Positions 18,674 through 25,815 of a DNA stretch of 27,839 bases are shown in pieces. Under the pieces are notes generated by a model. It saw only the letters and a list, made by a program, of their open reading frames with translations. It made no database searches and was not told where the DNA came from. The DNA comes from Candidatus Bipolaricaulia bacterium (GTDB lineage Bacteria; Bipolaricaulota; Bipolaricaulia; JBHIAT01). The translations under genes and the position numbers were made by a program. Numbering within the stretch: the first letter of the stretch is position 1; each line of letters starts with the position of its first letter. The stretch lies in the NCBI GenBank assembly GCA_046758705.1, contig JBHIAT010000029.1, forward strand, positions 1 through 27,839. The letters run 5' to 3'.

Positions 18674-20640
18674 TCTTCCGCTTCCGCTTGAATGGGAACC
18701 TCTTCTCCGGGGGCTTCGGCTTCAACCTCTGCCGTTGCCTCCTTAAGGCTGACGACCTGATAGACGGTCGTCTCCCCCTTCCCCTTGATCGAAACGTTCG
18801 AATGTCGTACGACTTCGACGATATCTTTGACCTGTTCGTAGGTCGATTCGCTGATCAAGATCTCAGAGTTGAGATCCTTGTTCAGTCCTTCAAGCCGGGA
18901 GGCGAGGTTCATGGTATCGCCGATGGCGGTATAATCCATCCGATCTTCGGAACCGACGTTCCCGATCACCGCCGGTCCGGTGGCGAGGCCGACCCCAATC
19001 CTCAACTCGGCCCTTCCCTGTTCGCCCCATCGGTTGCGCAGTTCGATGAGCCGTTGTTGCATCTCGAGGGCGGACCGGACCGCCCGCCCCGGGTCGTCTT
19101 CGTGGGCGATCGGTGCGCCGAAGAACGCGACGATCGCATCGCCCTCGTACTTGTCGACCGTCCCCCCATATTCGTGGATGATCTGGGTCATCTCGGGGAG
19201 GTATTCGTTGAGGATCCCCACCACCTCTTCAGGTGAGATGTTATCGGACATGGCGGTGAACCCCCGGATATCTGAGAAGAACGCGGTGATTTCCTTGCGC
19301 TCGCCGCCGAGCTTCACCTGATCGGGGTTCTGCATGATCTCGTCGACCACGTGAGGCGGCACGTACTTCTGGAAGAACTGCTGGGTGATCCGTTTCTCCC
19401 GCTCCTCGAAGAAGTAGCCGTACAGGACTCCTGCGCCGGAGATGATCACGATCGAGACCGCCGGGTAGAACAGGTGGACCACGGTGTTGAACATTTGGAA
19501 CGCGAGTTGGGCATAGACGAGGTAGACGACGAGCACACCACCGGCGACGAGCGCCCCGGTCGTGGAACTGAACCGGAAGAGCGAGTAACTGAGCACGCCG
19601 CCGAGGATCAACAGGGTGAGATACGTCACCCAGTTGATTGGTGGACTGAGGAGCCGTTCGTTGAGGATATTGCTGATAATCGTTCCATGGACCTCGACAC
19701 CCGGCACGGTCTCGAACGGGGTCGGTCTCAGATCGGACAGTCCCTTGGCAGTGTACCCGATGAGCGCGATCTTGCCCTGAAACTCCTGAGACTCGACGTT
19801 CCCCTCTAGGACGTCGACATACGAAACGTACGGCAACATGTGTCTCCCACCGAAATAGTTGATGAGCATTCTGCTCTTGGTATCCGTGGAGATCTCGGTG
19901 ATCCCTCTGATCTCGATCCGATCTCGATCGATGATGGCATCCTCCTGACGTTTGTCCAGGTAGGCGAGGACCAGTTGCAGGGTGAAGGGGGGATAGAGCC
20001 GGTCGGAGAACCGTTCTCGAAAGACGAGCGGGATCCAGCGGTAGATCTTATCAGGATCCGGAGTGCCGATATCGACAATACCGATCCCCGCCGCATATTG
20101 CGACAGGACCGGCACGGGTGGGAGGATCTTGTCGTAGGCTTCTGCCTTCTTCGAGCGGCTATCCATCCCCGCTTTGAACCGCCGATAGGCGAACTGTTGA
20201 TAGATGAGGTTCGTCTCGGCCTGCGAACGGTTGATGAAATGTTCCCCAAGATAGACGTTGCCGGCGTTTCTAATGGCTTCGGCAAACCGCTCATCATCAT
20301 CAACGGCAAAGCGGCTGACCTCGGGGAACAGGATATCGAAACCGATCGCCTTGACCCCGTACTCGGACAGCTTGTTCACCAACTGCCCGTGGACCGATCG
20401 GGGCCAGGGCCATTGTCCGAGCTCTGCGATGCTCTTCTCATCGATCTCGATGATGACGACCTCATCGCCGGGGTCTTCCTGCCCCCGGATGGCGAACCTG
20501 ACATCGAGCGTCTTTAAGTCGAAGTTCCGCAGCCACTCGTTTACCGACCGCATCCCGCTCGTCGCAAACAAGTTCTGCAGGAAGAAGAAGACGACCAGGA
20601 ACAGGGTGACCCCCACCCCGATTTTCAACGAAGTGCTCAT
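18670..20640 (-). CDS. CHASE2-domain class III adenylate cyclase
   Basis: N-terminal TM; CHASE2 (IDEKSI..GQWPWPRSVH, IGFDILF, PGVEVHG); three TMs; catalytic FSDIRGFT, DKYEGD, DYTAIGDTMNLASRLE. Start is ATG 20640 or GTG 20643. Confidence 0.93.
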   Translation of the reverse strand: MSTSLKIGVGVTLFLVVFFFLQNLFATSGMRSVNEWLRNFDLKTLDVRFAIRGQEDPGDEVVIIEIDEKSIAELGQWPWPRSVHGQLVNKLSEYGVKAIGFDILFPEVSRFAVDDDERFAEAIRNAGNVYLGEHFINRSQAETNLIYQQFAYRRFKAGMDSRSKKAEAYDKILPPVPVLSQYAAGIGIVDIGTPDPDKIYRWIPLVFRERFSDRLYPPFTLQLVLAYLDKRQEDAIIDRDRIEIRGITEISTDTKSRMLINYFGGRHMLPYVSYVDVLEGNVESQEFQGKIALIGYTAKGLSDLRPTPFETVPGVEVHGTIISNILNERLLSPPINWVTYLTLLILGGVLSYSLFRFSSTTGALVAGGVLVVYLVYAQLAFQMFNTVVHLFYPAVSIVIISGAGVLYGYFFEEREKRITQQFFQKYVPPHVVDEIMQNPDQVKLGGERKEITAFFSDIRGFTAMSDNISPEEVVGILNEYLPEMTQIIHEYGGTVDKYEGDAIVAFFGAPIAHEDDPGRAVRSALEMQQRLIELRNRWGEQGRAELRIGVGLATGPAVIGNVGSEDRMDYTAIGDTMNLASRLEGLNKDLNSEILISESTYEQVKDIVEVVRHSNVSIKGKGETTVYQVVSLKEATAEVEAEAPGEEVPIQAEAEE

Positions 20641-20722
20641 CACCGTGAAGTGGTCCGGTTCCGGTCTACATCGAGGACCCAGACCACCTGGTTTTGCACC
20701 CCCTTCTCGCTCTTAATCTCAA

Positions 20723-20751
20723 AGTGTAGCACGGATCGGATCACGATGCAA
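20723..20751 (-). promoter_or_regulatory. Promoter for the cyclase-HD operon
   Basis: TTGCAT (20751-20746), 17 nt, TACACT (20728-20723), with a TGn extension. Confidence 0.7.
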
Positions 20752-20795
20752 TTTTTACTTTTGTTTTGTAGGGAGAGTGCTGAAGGCACGGGCGG

Positions 20796-22106
20796 TCAAC
20801 TTCTTTTCTTCACGCTGAGCCGGCTTCCCTGAACCGACTCAACCACGATCTCGTCGCCGGCACGGATCTCCTCGTCATCGTAAGGGTTCACGGCCTTCCA
20901 GTATTCGCCGTGGACGGAGATCATCCCGCGGGGGAGGAGGTCGTCCTTGGCCACGCCGACCTCGCCGATCATCCCTTCCGGGCCAGTTGCAGCGGTTCGT
21001 CGCTGGATCAACAGCGCCTTGCTGATGACGAAGGAGAACACCAGGGCGATCGCGCCGACGGTCACGGCGACGCTCCACCACGACAGGGAGATGACCGGGT
21101 TTTGCAGGTTGAACAGGGTGAACCCGCCGACGATCGTCGAGATGATTCCGCCGACGGTGAGGATGCCGTTGGTCGGGGTGAACACGTCCAGGACCATCAG
21201 AATCGCGCCCACCAGGATCAGGGCGATCCCGACAATGTTGATCGGCAGGACCTGGAGGCCGAGGAACGCGAGCAGGAGTGACGGCGCACCGACCGCCAAG
21301 CCGAAGCCGATCCCCGGGCTAAACAGCTCGTAGATGATGCCGTACAAGCCAACGAGAAACAGGACGAAGACCAGATTGGGATCGGCCAGGTAGTTGAGGA
21401 CTTGTTGCCTAAAACTCATGCCGAACTCTTGAACGGTGGCCCCCTCGGTGTGCAGGATTCGGCCATCGCTGAGCACGTAGCCATTCAACTGAACGGTCAG
21501 ATCGGTGAGGTTATCGGCCATCAGGTCGATCACGTTGAGGTCGAGTGCCTCCCGAGCGGTGATCGAGGCACTTTCTCGAACCGCCCGCTCGGCCCAGTCG
21601 ACGTTGCGATTTCGCTTCTCAGCGATGCTCTTGATGAAGGCAACCGCGTCGTTGACGGCCTTGGCCGCCGCCGGGTCCTGTTCCTCATCCGGGGCCGTCC
21701 CGCTCAAACCGACCGGATGGGCGGCTCCGATGTTGGTGCTGTCGGCCATCGCGGCAATGTCGGCAGCCAACGTGATGAACACCCCAGCCGAGCCGGCCCG
21801 CGCCCCGGCGGGCGCGACATAGACGATCACCGGGATCTCAGATTCCATGATGCGCGCAACGATATCCCGGGTCGATTCCAGCAACCCGCCTGGAGTGTCC
21901 AGTTGAATGATCAACGCGACAGCGTTCTCCTGGTTCGCCCGCTTCACGCTCTCAGCGACGTAATCCCGGGTGATCGGGTTGACGGTGGCATCGAATTTGA
22001 TCAGGTGGATCGTCTCACCCTGATCCTGGGCTTGGATCTGAGAGTGAACCGAGACGATCAATATCAGGAGGAAGATGGAGATAAAGATCGTTCTGGTGTT
22101 CATCAT
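20796..22106 (-). CDS. nfeD: NfeD-family membrane-bound serine protease (ClpP-like domain, TM region, OB fold)
   Basis: LDTPGG, ARAGSAG (Ser), NIGAAHPV, KAVND (Lys), multi-TM region, C-terminal GEYWKA OB fold. Confidence 0.92.
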   Translation of the reverse strand: MMNTRTIFISIFLLILIVSVHSQIQAQDQGETIHLIKFDATVNPITRDYVAESVKRANQENAVALIIQLDTPGGLLESTRDIVARIMESEIPVIVYVAPAGARAGSAGVFITLAADIAAMADSTNIGAAHPVGLSGTAPDEEQDPAAAKAVNDAVAFIKSIAEKRNRNVDWAERAVRESASITAREALDLNVIDLMADNLTDLTVQLNGYVLSDGRILHTEGATVQEFGMSFRQQVLNYLADPNLVFVLFLVGLYGIIYELFSPGIGFGLAVGAPSLLLAFLGLQVLPINIVGIALILVGAILMVLDVFTPTNGILTVGGIISTIVGGFTLFNLQNPVISLSWWSVAVTVGAIALVFSFVISKALLIQRRTAATGPEGMIGEVGVAKDDLLPRGMISVHGEYWKAVNPYDDEEIRAGDEIVVESVQGSRLSVKKRS

Positions 22107-22161
22107 CAGCTCTGAGGGGCAGGGCTTACTGTACTGACCATCCCTGCTCGGTTTATTATAC

Positions 22162-22523
22162 TGGTGGAGGTGGCGGGAATCGAACCCGCGTCCGAAAATG
22201 CATTCGTTCGGTATCTACAGGCTTAGTCCTGTGTTCTGGTTTTAGGGTCGTAGGCTCCCACAGGGCCGGATTCCACAACCCGATCCCTCCTGGGTTATTC
22301 TTCCTCTCCCGAAGGGCAAAGATAAGGATATAGCCCGCATGTGTCGACGCCCCATCCAACCCCTACAGGCGAGAGTCAGCGGGACGGGCGGTTGTTAGGC
22401 AACCGCGACAGGTGCCGCGTAATTGTTGGCACTTAATTGTTGATGTTCCACCCGTTTAAGGAGTATGGTGGGAACTCCGCCTGCAACCTCCCTGCAGCAT
22501 TCCCGTCGAACCCAATCACCCCC
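22162..22523 (-). ncRNA. ssrA: tmRNA; tag reading frame at 22430-22395 encodes ANNYAAPVAVA*
   Basis: 5' GGGGGTGA..TTCGAC; 3' GACGCGGGTTCGATTCCCGCCACCTCCACCA tRNA-Ala-like domain with a G-U acceptor pair; TAAGT followed by a GCC resume codon. Confidence 0.96.
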
Positions 22524-22542
22524 ATGTCAAAGATCTATCTGT

Positions 22543-22571
22543 ATTATAGGTCACCCTAGGGGATAATTCAA
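22543..22571 (-). promoter_or_regulatory. Promoter for ssrA
   Basis: TTGAAT (22571-22566), 17 nt, TATAAT (22548-22543). Confidence 0.8.
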
Positions 22572-22611
22572 GGTCAGACATCTCCCATCCCCACACGCCT
22601 CGATCCGAATT

Positions 22612-22974
22612 CTACCCCCGGTGGTACCGATGTCGTCTGAACAGGCTGAACGACAGAACTGCGGTCAGGACTCCGGCGGCATCGGCGAGCCCATCGAAGA
22701 CGTCCGCTTCCCGGCCCGGCACGAACATCTGGTGCAGTTCATCGGAGGCCGCGTAGATCAGGCAGCCGATCACCACCCCTACCATTGCCTTTCCGCTCTT
22801 CGGAACGATGACCTGGATCGCCAGCAGAGTCAGGACCAGATATTCTCCCCAGTGGAACAGCTTGTCCAGGCCGGGGAACCGGGCGGGCATCGGGATGCTC
22901 GGCTGATTGGAAAGGTAGAAAATCAGTCCGGTGTAGCCAAGCAGAGTGATCCACCACAGGTAGCGTCGGGTCAT
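22612..22974 (-). CDS. VanZ-family membrane protein
   Basis: IFYLS..DKLFHWGEY..YAASDELHQMFVPGR..D.LAD motif set. Confidence 0.88.
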   Translation of the reverse strand: MTRRYLWWITLLGYTGLIFYLSNQPSIPMPARFPGLDKLFHWGEYLVLTLLAIQVIVPKSGKAMVGVVIGCLIYAASDELHQMFVPGREADVFDGLADAAGVLTAVLSFSLFRRHRYHRG

Positions 22975-23009
22975 CGGTTCAGTGCGACATCAGGATATAA
23001 ATGTAGCGG

Positions 23010-23367
23010 TGAAAGAGGGAAATAAGCCGGATTCTGTCGTGGGAGGCCATCTATCTGGGCGGCCTACCCGAGGGTTGAGCTGCCGGAGAACCGGCGGCCC
23101 ATGGGCGGCCCGGGCCGGACCATCCCCTCCTATTTGGCCTTGCTCCGGTCGGGGGACTGCCAGCCACAGCTCGGTCACCCGAGCTGGCGGTGGGCTCTTA
23201 CCTGCCACCCTTTCACCCTTGCCCACGCGCTGGGGCGTAGGCGGTCTGGTCTCTGTGGCCTGACCCAGCGGTCACCCGCTCTCGGCTTGCGCCGAGCGAC
23301 CTGCCCTATGGAGTCCGGACTTTCCTCAAACACCCGCGGGCGCTTGCGACCTCCTATCCCTCTTTCA
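23010..23367 (-). ncRNA. rnpB: RNase P RNA (bacterial type A)
   Basis: GAGGAAAGTCCGGACTCC near the 5' end and ACAGAATCCGGCTTA near the 3' end. P1 helix TGAAAGAGGGA (23367-23357) pairs with TCCCTCTTTCA (23020-23010). Confidence 0.96.
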
Positions 23368-24154
23368 TCTCTACCGTCTCAATCCGAGAATAATCACAGT
23401 TCGAACAGTGGTGGATGAGATGCTTCTTGTCCATCAAGTAGGGCGTGCTTTCCCTCATCTCCAACCGGGCGCCGCAATTCGGGCAGCGCCGCCCCCGATC
23501 TCGATAAGTGACGATCGCTGCAGTCAACAGAACGAGCCCTGCAATCCCGGTCAGCAGGTAGAGGATCCTATCTCGTGTGAGCCTCACCTCCGTTATGCTA
23601 CTCCAAATTCGACCGAAAAACGAGTTCCGGGTTGCCCCGGTGCTTTCCCCAAAGTCCGCTTCGATCATAGCGATCAATCGATCGACCCCCGCAGTCAGGC
23701 TGCCGCGCACCTGACCGGCATCGAGGTCGCTTTCGATCGTATTTCTTAATGCCGCACGCCTCTCCGGACGGAACAGGGGTTCGAGATCCGTGCTAAACTG
23801 GATATGAGCAAACCACTCCCCGCCCTGCTCGGCGTAGAGGAGCAAGACGGTCCTCCCCTGATCTAACCCCCAGTCACGAACGATCCCATCTCCCAGTGCC
23901 GAGATATCGGAGACCGGTCCTGGGACGGTCAGGATGACGAGTTCGACCCCGAACTCGCTTCGCAACGCGCCAAGCTTTGCCCCAAGCATCTTGCGATCGG
24001 GGGCATTCAACAGATTAGCGAGATCGTTGATTGAGCCGGTTCGCTCGGGGATCTGAATCTCATCCATTTGCGCCAGAATCGGTGTTGCAAACCCCAGTGA
24101 AAGTAACGAAACCAACACCACCGCCATCCATCTCCATCCCCGCAGAGTTCCCAT
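23354..24154 (-). CDS. TPM (DUF477)-domain membrane protein with C-terminal zinc finger
   Basis: Signal peptide, INDLANLL..ELVILTV TPM-like domain, one TM, then CPNC...CSNC. SD GGGAG. Confidence 0.75.
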   Translation of the reverse strand: MGTLRGWRWMAVVLVSLLSLGFATPILAQMDEIQIPERTGSINDLANLLNAPDRKMLGAKLGALRSEFGVELVILTVPGPVSDISALGDGIVRDWGLDQGRTVLLLYAEQGGEWFAHIQFSTDLEPLFRPERRAALRNTIESDLDAGQVRGSLTAGVDRLIAMIEADFGESTGATRNSFFGRIWSSITEVRLTRDRILYLLTGIAGLVLLTAAIVTYRDRGRRCPNCGARLEMRESTPYLMDKKHLIHHCSNCDYSRIETVEMKEG

Positions 24155-24170
24155 CCCGAACTCCCTGCTA

Positions 24171-24872
24171 TCACCGAGTATACAGGATTCGAGAGCAGTT
24201 CTCGCAGCCGACGATCTCTCTTCCTTCGGCGACTCGCTCGATCGTCGTCTCGCTCAAGTTCAACTGGCACCCGGCACAGGAGCCGGCGATGATCGAAACG
24301 ACCGCATCCCGATATTCCCTCCTGAGCTGTTCGTAGTGGCCGAGCAGATTCGGATCAATCTTCTCGGCCAACTCCCCTCGCACACGCTCCCGCTGCTCGA
24401 TCAGCACCTCCGCCGCCTGGATCTCCTCCCCGACCTCCTGAATACCCCGTTCGATTTGCTCTTTTTGCTTTTGAAACGTCTGTTGATGCTCATCCAGCTG
24501 CGCTTCTTGGCTCTCGATCTTCATCATCAGCTCGATCGCCCCATCCTCAAGATCTTCCATCTGCTCCTTGATCTGTTCGATCTTCAGCCGGAGCGCCTCT
24601 ATCTCTCTGTAGCTGATAATCCCCTCATCGAGCTGTTTGCGATAACGCTTGATCTGATCGTCCAACGCATCGACCTCATCGTTCCGCCGGCGGCTCTCTT
24701 GCTTCCATTCCTGGAGCGTCTGGTGTTCGTTCTCGAGCTGCGCCTCACGTCGACCCAGTTGCTCTCGGAGCCGCCGCCTCCCCGTCTCCAGGTTCTCAAT
24801 CTTGTCTTTCAGTTCGTCGATCTTCTGGTCCTGTGCCCAGATCTCCAGCAGGGTCTCTAGTTCCCGATCCAT
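24171..24872 (-). CDS. Coiled-coil protein with C4-type zinc ribbon (DUF164/CT398-like)
   Basis: Long E/Q/K/R-rich coiled coil followed by CAGC...CENCSRILY. Start is ATG 24872 or GTG 24875. Confidence 0.88.
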   Translation of the reverse strand: MDRELETLLEIWAQDQKIDELKDKIENLETGRRRLREQLGRREAQLENEHQTLQEWKQESRRRNDEVDALDDQIKRYRKQLDEGIISYREIEALRLKIEQIKEQMEDLEDGAIELMMKIESQEAQLDEHQQTFQKQKEQIERGIQEVGEEIQAAEVLIEQRERVRGELAEKIDPNLLGHYEQLRREYRDAVVSIIAGSCAGCQLNLSETTIERVAEGREIVGCENCSRILYTR

Positions 24873-24881
24873 CACGGTTTC

Positions 24882-24979
24882 AGTATAACTCGATGACAGA
24901 TGAAGATCAAGATGAGCGGGGATATCACCGGCGGTGACGGCGGTCAGGGTTGAACGCGTTGATCAGGATAGGATAGAAT
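24882..24979. promoter_or_regulatory. Divergent promoter region with a central palindrome
   Basis: Minus: TTGATC (24910-24905), 17 nt, TATACT (24887-24882). Plus: TTGAAC (24950-24955), 18 nt, TAGAAT (24974-24979). Palindrome TCACCG-G-CGGTGA at 24925-24937. Confidence 0.65.
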
Positions 24980-25010
24980 GATCCCAAAACAGGACGGGAC
25001 GGAACCTGAG

Positions 25011-25790
25011 ATGAACATTAATTTGGACTCGTTCACGCTCACGATCATCTTCTTGATTCTATTGACGATAATCGGGGCATTTGTCAGCGGCAGGCGAAAA
25101 GATCGGTGTCTGAAGGACTTCATCGGATACATGATCACCCTGGAAGCGAAGGACGACAAGCGGATCTGGGGCCGGTTGGCGATCGCGACCTCCGGGCTCG
25201 AGCTCAGCTACCTGGAAGACCACATCGACCAGGATCAGAACCACATCGAGCGGAGTTATATCCTGTACAAAAACGAGTACGGCACCATCCACGTGCTGTT
25301 TCGGTTCCACGACGAGTTGAGCGAGCGGAACCGGGCCAAGCGGGATCGAGCGTTGCGAAAGGCCTACCATCCATCGTTGTTCCGCCGGCTCCGTCGCAAG
25401 CTGCGCAACGTGATCGTCACGATCCGAGACTCGTTAACTCAGGTATCCGGGATGTTCTTGGGTCGGATGAAGGGAGCGAACCCGGTCGCCGGCGCGCTCG
25501 CCTCCCAGCAGAAGCAACTGACCAAGATCGAGACGGAGATGTTCGGGATGATGGGCACCGCCTACGACCCGATCTTAGAGCGTTACATCGGGCACAAGGT
25601 GGTTCTGGAGATCACCACGGGGGATCAGATCGAGGAGCACGTCGGGATCCTCAAGGAGTACAGTCCCGAGTTCCTCGAGATGATGGACATCGAGTATCCG
25701 GATCTGGGCGGCAAGCGGCGACGCTGTGACATCATCGTCCCTCGTGCCCACGCAGTGATCCGCCACGGCGCTGAGTCAGGGTCACAATGA
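25011..25790 (+). CDS. Hypothetical protein with N-terminal membrane anchor
   Basis: Long ORF with host-like codon usage and TM segment FTLTIIFLILLTIIGAFV. ATG 25011 preferred because ATG 24978 lies inside the putative -10 box. Confidence 0.8.
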   Translation: MNINLDSFTLTIIFLILLTIIGAFVSGRRKDRCLKDFIGYMITLEAKDDKRIWGRLAIATSGLELSYLEDHIDQDQNHIERSYILYKNEYGTIHVLFRFHDELSERNRAKRDRALRKAYHPSLFRRLRRKLRNVIVTIRDSLTQVSGMFLGRMKGANPVAGALASQQKQLTKIETEMFGMMGTAYDPILERYIGHKVVLEITTGDQIEEHVGILKEYSPEFLEMMDIEYPDLGGKRRRCDIIVPRAHAVIRHGAESGSQ

Positions 25791-25815
25791 CCTCCGATGG
25801 CCGAGGTGTTTCCAG

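Noticed and set aside
17361-20643. Pycsar/CBASS-type antiphage system
   Set aside because: The cyclase is a CHASE2 transmembrane sensor with adenine-type specificity residues, and no TIR, TM or nuclease effector is present.
17349-22161. Genomic island integrated at the tmRNA 3' end
   Set aside because: No integrase, and I found no duplicated tmRNA 3' (att) sequence. nfeD and the cyclase have host-like composition.
22156-22359. 67-aa ORF ending FRTRVRFPPPPPV
   Set aside because: It is a translation of the tmRNA 3' half.
22982-23418. ORFs 22982-23263, 22990-23226 and 23101-23418
   Set aside because: They lie over the RNase P RNA gene.
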